A stretch of DNA of 64,000 nt from an uncultured delta proteobacterium. Its GTDB lineage: Bacteria > Myxococcota > Myxococcia > SLRQ01. The notes under the pieces are model-generated. The model was not told where the DNA came from, ran no database searches, and saw nothing but the letters and a program-made list of their open reading frames with translations. The stretch lies in the NCBI GenBank assembly GCA_963727485.1, contig CAVSGM010000002.1, positions 1,792,001 through 1,856,000 on the forward strand, given 5' to 3'. A program made the position numbers and the translations under genes. This document shows, one piece after another, positions 1 to 11,500 of the stretch (position 1 is the stretch's first letter; each line of letters starts with the position of its first letter).

Positions 1-934
1 GGGTGGGCACCGAGAGGATCCCCGGCCCCACGGTGAAGGGCAGGGCGGTGGGCCGGTTGCCGGTGCCGTGCTTCGCCTCCTCGAGGCCGGTGGTCCACGC
101 CTCCTCCACGCGCTTGAGGTCCCGGACCATCTCCAGGCACTCGGCGAGGCGCTTCCGGTGATCGAGGGCGTCGGCGGCGGTGTCGGCCCGCTCGATCCCC
201 CGGGCGAGCGGCTGCTCCACCCGCGGCTCCCGGTCCCAGATGCACCCGCGCTTCTCGTCGAAGTCGGCCTTGAGCCGGGTGATCATCAGGTCCTCGAGCA
301 GGGCCGCGCGCTGCTTGACGAGTGACGCCGCGTACCGCTCGCCGGCGAGCTGGTCGAAGTACCTGGTCACCCGGGGGCAGAAGCGCCTCGGGTCCATGGC
401 GGTCTTGGTGGGCGTCGGGGTCCCGAGCACCGCCAGGTGCTGGGCCTGGCGCGCCGGGGCGCCCACCAGCTTGTCCACCAGGGGCCCCACCACCTTGGCC
501 GCCTCCTCGAGGTGCTTGAGCTGTGCCGACGACCGCGCCAGGAGCTTGGCGTCCTTGGCGTCGAGGAGCTTCAAGGTGACGACGTAGAGCTTGCCCAGGC
601 GCCCCACCTGCCCGGTGACCACCAGGTCCGCGTTCACCGCCCCGCCGAGGGTGGCCATGCAGCTGGCGTCGGAGCACCCGAGGAGCTGCTTCTGGGCGTC
701 GACCGAGAGCAGGCTCTTGATGTCCGAGGGGCCCAGGGCCCGGATCCCGTGGCGGTTGAGCAGGGCGTCGAGGACCAGCTCGGTGAGCACCTTCGCCGCC
801 GGGCGGTCGGCCTTCGTGGTCGACTGGATCCCCGGGACCACGAACTTGTGGCCGTCGGCGAGGGCGGGCCGCGGCGCGGCGGCGAGGACGAGGAGGGCGG
901 CGAGGGCGGCGAGGGCGGCGGAGGCGTGTCGCAT
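1..934 (-). CDS. Secreted protein, 3' end runs off the window edge; N-terminal alpha/beta domain with a GCxxxxC motif typical of myxobacterial surface proteins
   Basis: Manual translation from ATG 934 with GGAGG upstream: MRHASAALAALAALLVLAAAPRPALADGHKFVVPG...KQLLGCSDASCMATLGGAVNADLVVTGQVGRLGKLYVVTLKLLD; open to position 1, so absent from the ORF track. Confidence 0.7.
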   Translation of the reverse strand, partial: MRHASAALAALAALLVLAAAPRPALADGHKFVVPGIQSTTKADRPAAKVLTELVLDALLNRHGIRALGPSDIKSLLSVDAQKQLLGCSDASCMATLGGAVNADLVVTGQVGRLGKLYVVTLKLLDAKDAKLLARSSAQLKHLEEAAKVVGPLVDKLVGAPARQAQHLAVLGTPTPTKTAMDPRRFCPRVTRYFDQLAGERYAASLVKQRAALLEDLMITRLKADFDEKRGCIWDREPRVEQPLARGIERADTAADALDHRKRLAECLEMVRDLKRVEEAWTTGLEEAKHGTGNRPTALPFTVGPGILSVPT

Positions 935-954
935 GGTGCCTCCGTTCTACCCCA

Positions 955-2418
955 TCAGGGCCCCGGGCCGTCGAGGGCGTCGAGGGCGTTTCGGGTGAGC
1001 CTCGCGGCGGTGGCGCTGGTGCGGTGGGGGATGGCGCCTTCCGGGTCCAAGGCGAAGGACCAATCCAGGGAGCCGGCGGCGAAGACCCGGGTCCCCGAGG
1101 GCGCGGCGTAGAAGGTGGCGTTGGACACCGCGGTCCCGCCGTAGAGGGGGAAGCTGCCTCGGGTGAGCACCCGGATCCCGGCAGGGGTCGATCCGTTGTC
1201 GAGGAGACCGTCGGCCTCGTAGCCCACCAGATCCCCCAGGTCGGCGCCGTCGTGGATCCCGGTGCCGGCGAAGAGGGGATCGGACGCATCGACGGCCTTT
1301 TCGGGGTAGCGCTGCTTCCCCACCAGCCCCACGTAGGCCACCCCGAGGATCGCGTTCGCGGGCTGCCCCAGGTCGCGCCAGCGGATGGTCACCCGGCTCG
1401 GGTTGGCGACCGGGTCGAGGCTGGCGTCGCGGTAGCACACCAGGACCGAGCGGGGGGTGGCGTCGGGGCCCGGCTCCAGGCGCGCCTGCCAGTAGAGGTC
1501 GTTGGCGCCGAGGGCCGCGAGGTTCGGGTGACCGTTCGCCACCGCGGCGGCGAGATGGCTGCGGGCGTCGTAGGTGACGTACTCGTCGTGGCCCACCAGG
1601 ATCACCGCCTTCACCTTCGGGTCCGGGGCCGCGGCGTCGAGCTCGAAGTCGGTCTCGTAGGAGACCCTCGCGCCGTAGGTGCGATCGAGCCAGCGGAGGA
1701 TCGGCGCGTCGTAGGCGCCCAGGTTGGTGGCCAGGAGCCCCGCCGCGTCGTAGGGCCGCCGGAAGCTCACCCGCTGGGCGGCGACCTTCCCTTGGCTGTT
1801 GTAGCCGTAGAGGCTGTGGCCCCCCCACGAGTTGTAGGCCTCGAAGGTGAACACGCCGATCACCGCCAGGTAGTCGGTGGGCCGCCGGCTGCCCACCACC
1901 AGGGGCACCGCCGTCGGCCGCCGTCGGGGGTGGTGAGGCGCAGGAGGTAGACCCCGCTGGGCCAGGGCCCGATGGTGAGGTGGAGGGTCGGGCGCCAGCC
2001 GCAGTCGAGGAGACCGTCGGGGCCGGCGTCGCAGGGGGGCTGGGGGATCGCCGGGACGTGCGTCCAAGCGGCCATCAGCTTGCTGTTCCGGTCGCCGTAG
2101 GCGCCGACCCGCAGGAGGCGCACGGTGAAGGTCGGCGCGACGGTGCGCACGTAGAGGGGCACCTCGTCGCCGGGGTAGGCCGCGTGGGCCACGCTGAAGG
2201 CGTCGATGGAGGGGCCGCCCTCGGGAAGCCACCACCAGGGCAGGCTCGGGAGGATCGTGTCGGGCGCGCCGGTCACGGCGGGGGGCGCCGGCTGCCGCGC
2301 CTCCAGGGCCGGTCGGGGGAATCCGTGGGGGCCGCAGCCCACGGCGAGGACCAGGACCAGGACCACCCCCCCCCCCCTGCCGCCGGGCTCGGCCGCCCTG
2401 GGGGTGCGCGGTGGGCAT
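955..2418 (-). CDS. N,N-dimethylformamidase beta-subunit-like (DUF6605-type) lipoprotein, frameshifted
   Basis: C-terminal part has TFEAYNSWGGHSLY..VSFRRPY, GHDEY, VGYEAD and VFAAGSLDW; the N-terminal part is in ORF 1860..2366 (lipobox LAVGC, WPSGVYLLRL); frame breaks near 1915 and in the poly-C run near 2370. Confidence 0.7.
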   Translation of the reverse strand: MPTAHPQGGRARRQGGGGGPGPGPRRGLRPPRIPPTGPGGAAAGAPRRDRRARHDPPEPALVVASRGRPLHRRLQRGPRGLPRRRGAPLRAHRRADLHRAPPAGRRLRRPEQQADGRLDARPGDPPAPLRRRPRRSPRLRLAPDPPPHHRALAQRGLPPAPHHPRRRPTAVPLVVGSRRPTDYLAVIGVFTFEAYNSWGGHSLYGYNSQGKVAAQRVSFRRPYDAAGLLATNLGAYDAPILRWLDRTYGARVSYETDFELDAAAPDPKVKAVILVGHDEYVTYDARSHLAAAVANGHPNLAALGANDLYWQARLEPGPDATPRSVLVCYRDASLDPVANPSRVTIRWRDLGQPANAILGVAYVGLVGKQRYPEKAVDASDPLFAGTGIHDGADLGDLVGYEADGLLDNGSTPAGIRVLTRGSFPLYGGTAVSNATFYAAPSGTRVFAAGSLDWSFALDPEGAIPHRTSATAARLTRNALDALDGPGP

Positions 2419-2598
2419 CCCTAGACTCTACTACCGGGTCCGGGAACGGGCGAGGACAATCCGGGATGGGATCTCCCCGGGGGGATCCGGCGCCTCGGCG
2501 CCCCGGGTCACGAACTGGCGGGGCTCCCGGCGCGGTGGTAACATCGCGTCTCTCCGGTTCCTCTGCAATCGCAAGGACTTACGAGGCCGACGCCCCAA

Positions 2599-5500
2599 AT
2601 GGCCGACCCCACCGCCCCGCGCCGGGAGGGCCCCGAGGCCCCAGACCCCGCGTCGACCCGCCCGGCCGACGACGGGCCCCGCTTCGCCCTCTCGTTCATC
2701 GAGGGGCGGGCGCTGGTGGGCTTCGAGGACCGGCCCATCTCCCCCTGGCTCACCGTGCGCCGGTACGCCATGGAGATCCCCGACGTCACCTTCCCCTTCG
2801 ACGTCACCGGGGGCGCCGAGCGCTTCCGCCACCGGCGCTGCCGCCTGGTGGCGCTGACCTTCGAGGCCGACGAGGCCGGGTGCGTCGCCGAGCTCCGCGG
2901 GCGCGTGGATCTCGCCGCCTTCGGCCTCGAGGAGGTCGCGGTGGCCTTCGCCGAGGGCTTCGTGGAGGTCGCCGGCACCGTCGCCGCCGGGCACCTCGAC
3001 GAGACCGGGGGCGACGCCGGCGCCATCGGCGAGCGGGTCCCCTTCACCCTGAAGATCGCCGTGGACGCCTCGGCCGATCGCGAGGTGCGCCTGCTGGTCC
3101 ACGACGTGCGCCTCTACGGCGAGAGCACCCTGGCCGCGCCGGCGGTGGCCACCGCGCTCCTCGCGGCGGTGGCGCACAGCGACCTGCCGGTGGAGACGGT
3201 GGCGCCGGCGGTGGTGCGCTTCGACCCGGTCCCCGGCTTCCTCCGGGGCCTGCTCCCCCGCCACGGGTGGAAGCTCCCGGACGCCCGGCACCTGCGCCTC
3301 ACCGGCGCCGAGATCCACCCCGGGCGCCTCGCCCTCACCTTCGACGCCGGCCAGGGGACCCACGCGCTGCCCGCCGGTGACGCCCTGCGCCCGTTCCTCT
3401 CGGCCCTCGAGGGGAGCCGGGCCTTCGAGGACGCCGAGCGGGCCATCGCCGAGGGGCGCCTCGACGACGCCCGGGCCGCCTACCTCGACCTCGAGGGGCC
3501 GCTCCTCGAGCACCCCTTCGCCGCCGAGCGCACCCTGGCGCTCCTGGCCGCCGAGCCCACCACCCGCGACGAGGCCCTCGACCTCGCCGCCGCCTGGCTG
3601 GAGCGCGAGCCCGGCTTCCCCCCGGCGCTCTGGGTCGCCGCCCAGGTCCGCCGGGCCACCGGGGCCGCCGGTGCCGCCAAGGCCCTGTTGAACCTCTCGG
3701 TCCACGCCCGGGAGCGCGGGGAGATCCTCGGCGCCCTCTTCGCCGCCGCCGCCGCCGGGGCCGCCGCCGAGGACGAGGGCGATCTCGGCCTCGCGGTCAC
3801 CGCCTGGGAGCGGGCGCTGGCCGTCCGGGCGATGCACCCCCCGGCCCTCGAGGCCCTCGCCCGCCTCTACCCGAAGGTCGCCGACCTCGCCGGCGCCGCG
3901 CGGGTCCTGGGCCACCTGCTCACCGTCACCCGGGGGCCCGAGCGCGCCCGGGCCCACCTGGCCCTCGGTCGCCTCCACGCCGAGGAGCTCGAGCCCCTGG
4001 GGGTCCCCGAGGGCGAGGTCGCCCGGGCCTGGCGCGCCCGCCGCGCCGCCGCCCCGTTCACCGGCGACCTCACCCGGGCCAAGCTCCACTTCGACGCCGC
4101 CCTGCGCCTCGACCCCGGGCTCACCGGCGCCTGGCTCTCCCTGGGCCGGGCCTGCGTGCGCCGGGCCGAGCCCCTGCGGGCGGTGCGCTGCCTCGACCGG
4201 GGGGCCGAGGGGCTGCTCGCCGAGGGGCGCCGCACCGAGGCCACCGCGGTGGCCATGGAGATCGGGCGGCTGTGGGAGGAGCAGCTCGGCCACGCCGAGA
4301 ACGCGCTGTTGCGCTACCGGGAGGTCCTCGACGCCGACCCCGAGGCCCTCGAGGCGCGCCTGCGCTACGCCCGCCTCGCCGAGACCCTGGACCACCTCCC
4401 GGAGGCCGAGGGGGCCTTCGAGGAGGCCCTGGTGCTCCTCGCCCCGCGCCTCGAGGCCGGGGGGGCGGACGCCGAGGACGAGGCCGCCCCGGGCCCGGAT
4501 CCCGCCGACGCCGGCGCCGCCCTCGACGCCCACCTGGCCCTGGCCCGCCTCTCCCAGGCCCGGCACCGGGACCCGGCGGCCGCCGCCGCCCACCTCGAGG
4601 CGGCCTACGCCCTCTGCGCCCCCGCCGGCCGCGCCGCCGCCGCCCCGGGCCTCCTCGCCCGGCTGGTGGCCCGCTACGAGGAGTCCGGGGACGCCCGGCG
4701 CCTGGCGGTGGCCTGCACCCGCGCCGCCGCCACCGCCCCGACCCCCGCCGAGGCCGCCGCCTGGCTCGCCCGGGCCGCCCGGGTCCTCGCCGAGGACGTC
4801 GGCGACGTCCCCGCCGCCCGGGCCCGCCTCGCCGAGGCCCGGGAGCGCGACCCCGAGGGCCTCGCGCCCCTGGAGGCGGCGCTCCGTGTCGCCGAGGCCC
4901 ACGGTCCCCCGGCCGCCGCCGCCGAGGCCCTCGAGGCCCTGGCCACCCGCCGGGACGACGCCGACGGCCGCGCCGGGGCCCTCCTCGCCCTCGGCCGCCT
5001 CCGGGCCGGGGCGCTCGACGCCCCCCGGGACGCCCTCGACGCCTTCGCCCGGGCCCGGGCCGAGGCCACGGATCCGGACCTCGCCGCCGCCGCCGCCGCC
5101 GAGGCGGTGGCCGTGGCCCGGCGCCTCGACGACCCCGAGGCCCTCGCCGAGGCCCTGGGGGTGCAGGCCACCGGGCTCACCGAGGCCCACGCCGCCGCCG
5201 CCGTCGCCGAGCTCCGCCTCGAGGAGGCCGCCCTCCGGGAGGGCGCCCTCGCCGATCCCACCGGGGCGCTCGTCGCCCTCGAGGCCGGCGCCGCTGTCGC
5301 CCCGGACGACGCCCGGCTCCACTGGCACCTCGGCCGCCTCCGCCTCGACGCCGGCGACGCCGACGCCGCCCACGCCGCCTTCGGCCGCCTCGTCGCCCTC
5401 GGGGGCCCCGGTGCCGCCGGGGTCGCCGAGGCCGAGGGCGCCCGCCGCCTGGGCGAGGCGGCCATGGGCGCCGGCGACCGCGCCGCCGCCGTGGACTTCC

Positions 5501-8500
5501 TCGCCGCCGCCTGGGACGCCGACCCCGGGGACGCCGCCCTCTACGAGCGGGTCGACGCCCTCCTCGGGGAGCTCGGCCGCCCGGGCGCCCGGGCCGATCT
5601 CGCCCGCCGGGCCGGGGAGGCCGCCCTCGAGGTCGGGGACGGCCCCGGCGCCGCCGCAAGGTTCCTCGCCGCCGCCCGCCTCGCCGGGGACACCCTCGGG
5701 GACCTCGACGCCGCCGTCGCCGACACCCAGGCCGCCCTCGACGCCGTCCTCCCCGAGGACACCGCCGGCCGCCGCCTCGAGGCCCGGGCCGCCACCGGGG
5801 GCGGGCCCCTGACCCCCGACGCCGGCGACGCGGTGGCCGCCGCCGCCGCGGGCCTCCTCCTCGATCTCGGGGAGGCCGCCTCCGACCCGGTGCTCCGGGC
5901 CGACGCCCGGGAGGCGCTCGCCGCCCTCGCCGGGGACGCCGCCCTCGCCGCCGGCCACCTCGCCCGCCGGGCCGACGATCTCGGCGAGGCCGGGGAGACC
6001 GAGGCCGAGGTCCGGGCCCTGGAGCAGGCCCTGGCCCTCGACCCGGCCCGGGACGACCTGCGCACCCGCCTCGCCGAGGATCTCGCCGGCGAGGACCCGG
6101 CCGCGGCGCTGGCCCACTACGAGGTGCTCCTCGCCCCCGACCGCCTCCACCCCGACGCCCTCGGCGCCTCGGATCGCCTCCTCCGGGCCGCCGACCTCGC
6201 CGAGGCCGCGGGGCGCCCCGAGCGCGCCCGCCACCACCTGGGCCTCTACCTCGCCCGGGAGCCCGCCGACGAGGGGGCCCTCACCCGCTACGCCGATCTC
6301 CTCCGGGACGCCGGGGCCAGCGGGCCCCTGCACGACGCCCTGGTCCACCACGCCGAGATCCTCGCCCACCGGGGGAGCCGCGCCGGCGACGAGGCCGAGG
6401 TCGACCGGGCCGTCGCCTGCCTCCTCGAGGCCGCGGCGCTGGCAGAGGGGCCGCTGGCCCGCCCCGACGCCGCCCGGGCGGCCCTGGAGCGGGTCCTGGC
6501 CCTCGCCCCGGACGAGGGCCGGGCCCTCGAGGGCATCCTCCCCTACCTCGACGCCGCCGACGACGCGCCGCTCCGGGCCGACGTCCTCGGGCGGCTGGCC
6601 GAGCAGGCCCCGGACCCGGCCGTCGCCGCCGCCCACCTGGTGGCCCGGGGGGCGGCCCTCCTCGGCCTCGAGGACCTCCACGGCGCCGACGGGGCCTACG
6701 CCGACGCCCTCGAGGCCGACCCCACCTCGGTGGCCGCCGCCGAGGGGCTGGCCACCGTCGCCTGGCTGCGCGGGGACCTCGGGCGCTTCGCCGAGGCCGC
6801 CGCCTGGCGCGCCGACCAGGCCACCTCCGACGGGGAGCCCGGCGCCCCGCGGCGCCACCTGGTGGTCGCCCGCCTCCGCCTCGACGCCCTCGGAGACACC
6901 GACGGGGGCCTCGCCGCCCTCGACGCCGCCCTCGCCGGGGAGGCCGCCCTCGGCGCCGTCGAGGCCGAGGAGGCCCATCGCCGGCGCCTGGCCTGCCACC
7001 TCATGGCCGGGGACGCCGCCGGGGCCGAGGCCGACCTCGGCGCCCTCATCGCCGGCCGCCGCCGGGGCGACCCGAAGGGCCGGGCGGCGCTGCTCCGCCA
7101 CCGGGCCGAGCTCCGGGAGGACCAGCTCGCCGATCCCGAGGGGGCCCGGGAGGACTGGGCCGAGGCCCACGCCCTCGACCCCGAGGACCCGGTGGCCCTG
7201 GGCCGGCTGCTGGCCATCGCCGCCGCCGCCGACGAGCCGGTGGCCCTCGCCTTCCTCCAGGCCGACGACGCCGCCCGCCGGCGCCGGGCCGGGGACCTCG
7301 ACGGCGCCGCCCGGGCGCTCGCCGCCCGGGCCGCCCTCCTCGGCGACCGCCTCGGCAATCCCGCCGCCGCCGTCGACGCCGCCCGGGACGCGGTGGCCAC
7401 CGCCGCCGCCCCGGCCCTCCTCGCCGAGCTCCGGGGCGAGCTCCGGACCCGGCTCCGCGCCCTCGGCGACCTCGACGGCGCCTTCGAGACCGCCCTCGCC
7501 GAGGCCGCCGCCCTCGATCCCGCGGCCGCCGCCGCCCACCTCGCCGCCCGGGCCCGGGAGGCCGACGCCGACGGCCGCCCCGATCTGGCCCTCGCCGCCA
7601 GCCGCGCCGCCTTCGCCGCCGCGGTCGAGGACCCGGTCCTCGCCGCCGACCTCGCCTGGCGCCTGGTCCGGGCCGGGAGCGTCGACGAGGCACGGGCCCC
7701 GTCCGCCCGCGCCGCCGCCGCCACCCCCGAGGCCGTCGCCGCCGCCGCCGACCTCGGCCTCGACGAGGCGGTGGGCCGCCTCGCCCTGGTGGCCTTCGCC
7801 CTCGAGGACGCCGCCGCCGCCGCGGCTCTCCTCGATCGCCTCCTCGCCGCCGCCCCCGTCCGGGCGGGCCTCGCCGACCTCGCCGCGGACCGGGCCGCGG
7901 CCCGGGGCGACCTCGACGCCGCCCGGGGGATCCTCGCCGCCCACTTCGAGGCCGCTCCGGGGCCCGGTGCGCCGCCGGGCGGTGGCCCGGCACCTCGCCG
8001 ACCTCGCCGCCGCCGCCGGCGACGCCGCCGCCGAGGCCCTGTGGCTCGCCGAGGCCGGCGCCGAGGCCCCCGAGGACCTCGCCCGGCGCCTCGACGCCCA
8101 CGCCGCAGCCGGGGACGTCTCCGGCGTGCTCGAGCTCGCCCGCCGGCGCCTCGACGCGGGGCCCGCGGCCGGGGACCGCGCCGGCCACCGCGCCGAGCTC
8201 GGGGCGCTGGCCGGGCGCCTCGCCGACGACCTCGGCAATCCCGCCGCCGCCCTGGCCCTCCTCGACGAGCACCCGGACCTGGTGGCCGACGACCCGCGCC
8301 TCCTCGTCCGCCGCCTCGACGCCGCCCGGGCCGCGGACCGCCCCGAGGCCCAGGCCGCCGCCCTGGTGCGCCTCGCCGAGCTCGCCGGGGACGCCGGCGA
8401 CGACGCCGCGGCCGCCGCCTGGCTGGTCGAGCTCGGGCACCTGCGCCGCGCCCGCCTCGACGACCCGGCGGGCGCCGAGGCGGCGCTCACCGAGGCGCTC

Positions 8501-11500
8501 CACCGGGGCCTCGCCGACCGGGCCATCGCCGACGAGGCCCTGGCCCTCGCCGACGCCCGGGGGGACGCCGCCGCCGCCGCGGATCTCCACGAGCTCGCCG
8601 CCGAGCGCGCCCAAGACCCCGCCGGGGCCGCCGCCCACCTCGCCGCCCTCGGGCGCCTCTACGCCGGCCCCCTCAAGAGCCCCGAGGCCGCCGAGGCCGC
8701 CTGGCGCGCCGCCCTCGCCCAGGTCCCCGGCCAGCCCGAGGCCACCGAGGGGCTCCGGGCCCTCCTCGCCGCCGCCGGCCGGCGGTCCGACCTCGCCGCC
8801 CTCGCCCGGGACCTGGCGCTCGCCGCCGAGGGCCAGGCCCGGGCCCTCGCCCACCTCGACGCCGCCGACCACGCCCTCGCCGGCGGCGACGCCGAGGCCG
8901 CGGTCGCAGACCTCCTCGCCGCCCGGGCCACCGACGCCGAGGCCTTCGCCGAGGCCGCCGGCGAGGCCCGCCTCGACGCCGCCCGGGCCGCCGCCGGCCA
9001 GCACCGCGCCCGGGCCGAGGCCCGCCTCGACGCCGCGGTGGCCACCGCCGACCCCGAGCCCCTCTACCTCGAGGCCGGCGACCTCCTCCGGGACGAGGTC
9101 GGCGACGCCCACCTCGCCGAGCGCGCCTACCGGGCGGCGTTCCAGGTGGCCCGATCGGTGCGCGCCGCCGAGCGCCTCGCCGCCCTCCTCGAGGATCGGG
9201 GCGACGCCCGGGGCCTCGCCGAGCTCGACGAGGCCCGGGCCGACCACGCCCCCGACGGCCCCGCCCGGGCCGCCCGCTACCTCGCCGCCGGGGACCGCTA
9301 CCGCGACCAGGTCGGCGACCTCGACGCCGCGGTCCAGGCCTACGACGCCGCCTACGACGCCGACCCCACCGGCGCCGACACCGCGGCCCGCCTCGAGGCG
9401 GCCCTCCGGGCGGCCGGGCGCGTCGCCGAGCTCGCCGAGCTCCTGCGCCACCTCGCCGAGGGCCAGGCCGGGGCCGCGCGGGCCGCCCGCCTCCTCGAGG
9501 CCGCCGAGCTCGAGGCGGAGGCCGGGAACGCCGAGGCGGCGCTGGCCTGCCGCCTCGACGCCGAGGCCGCCGACCCCGACGACACCGAGCTCCTCCGGGG
9601 CGCCGCCGACGCCCTCTGGGCCGCCGACCGCCGGGCCGAGGCCGCCGAGCGCTACCGGCGCCTCCTCGCCCGGGAGCCCGGGGCCAGCCGGGCCTTCGAC
9701 CGGCTCACCGAGGTCCTCGAGGCCGAGGACGACCACGCCGCCCTCGCCGAGGTGGTCGCCGCCCGGGCCGAGGCCGCCGAGGGGCGCCTGGCCCTCGACC
9801 TGTGGCTGAAGGCCGAGACCCTCTTCGCCCGCCTCGAGGACGGGCCCCGGGCCGCCGAGGCCGCCGCCCGGGCCTTCGCCCTCGAGCCCGGGGACCCGGA
9901 GGCCTTCGCCGCCGCCCTCCGCCACGCCGAGGCCGCCGCCGACCACCGGGCGGTGGCCGAGGTCCTCGACGCCCACCTCGAGGTGCTCCCCGCCGAGGAC
10001 GGCGCCCGGCCGGGCCTGCTCCGGCGTCTCGCCGAGGCCCGCCAGGCGGCCGGCGACGTCGCCGGCGCCCGGGGGGCCCTCGACGCCCTGCTCCAGCACG
10101 TCCCCGAGGACGCGGGGATCGTCGCCCTCGCCGCCGCCCTCGCCGCCAGCGCCGGGGAGGCCGAGGCCCTCCCCTACGACACCCGCCTGGTGGCCCTCGC
10201 CGAGGAGGGGGCCGAGGTGGACCCCGAGGCCCTCCAGGCGTCCCGCCGGCGCCTGGGCACCGCCGCCGCCGCCGCCGGGGACGCCGGGGAGGCGGTGCGC
10301 CAGCTCGGTGCCGCCCTCGCCGCCACCACCGGCGACGATCGGGTGGCCGTCGCCACCGCGTTGGCGCTGGCCGCCCGCCGTGCCGGCCTCGCCGAGGCGG
10401 AGGCCGACGCCGAGGCGATCCTCGCCGACGCCGCCATCGATGATCCCGATCGCCGCAGCCACCTGGTGGCCGCCGCCCGGGCCCGGGAGGCCGCGGGCCA
10501 GCCCGACCGGGCCCTCGCCCACTGGGAGGCGGCCTTCGACCTCGACCCCGCCGCCGAGGACGCGGTGGAGGTCCTCCTCGGCGCCGCCCGGGCGAGGGGC
10601 GACGGGGCCACCGAGGTCGCCCTCCTCCGGCGCCACGCCGCCGGCCTCGACGACCCGGCGCGGGCCCTGCGCGCGTACCTGGCCCTGGTCGCCGCCGCCG
10701 AGGCCGCCTCGGACCCCGCCACCGCCGAGGCCGCCGGGGTCACGGCCTTCGACCTCGCCCCCGACGATCCCCGCGCCGCCGCCGCCGCCCTCCCGGGCCT
10801 CCGGGCCCGGGGCCCCGCCGCCGGCGCCGACCTCGCCCGGGCCCTGGAGCGGGTGGCCCGGGACGCCGAGGGCGAGGCCCGGGTCGCCTGCCTCCTCGAG
10901 GCCGGGGAGGCGCTGGCCGCTGCCGGGGCCGAGGACCGCGCCCGGGCGGTGAGCCACCTGGGCCTCGACGCCGCCCGGGACCTCGAGCCCTGGGACGGGC
11001 CCACCCGGGACCGGATCCGCGCCGCCTGCACCCGCCTCCTCGAGGGGGCCGACGATCCGGTGGAGCGCGGCGAGCTCACCTCCCTCATGGCCCGGGCCGG
11101 CGAGGGCGAGGGCCGCCTCTCAGCCTGGCTCGCCGCCGCCGAGGCCTTCGCCGAGGGCGGGGAGTCCGGCCGGGCCGCCGCCGCCCTCGCCGCCGCCAGC
11201 GAGGCCGCCCCCCAGGACCCCCGGCCCCCCCGGGCCGCGGTGGCCCTCCACCTCGCCGCCGGGGACCTCCCCGCCGCCGCCGCCGCCGCCCGGACCCTCG
11301 CCGAGGGGAGCGCCGACCACCTCCCCGACGAGGTCCTCGCCGTCGCCGACGCCGCCAGTGGCGCGCCCCAGGTGGCCCGGGGGCTCCTGGCGCTGGCCTG
11401 CGCCCGGCTCCCCGGGCGCGGCGACCTGCTGCTGCGCCTCGCCGACGCCTGCGCGGCCACCGGAGACCCCGCCGCGGGCCTCGAGGCCCTCGAGACGGCG

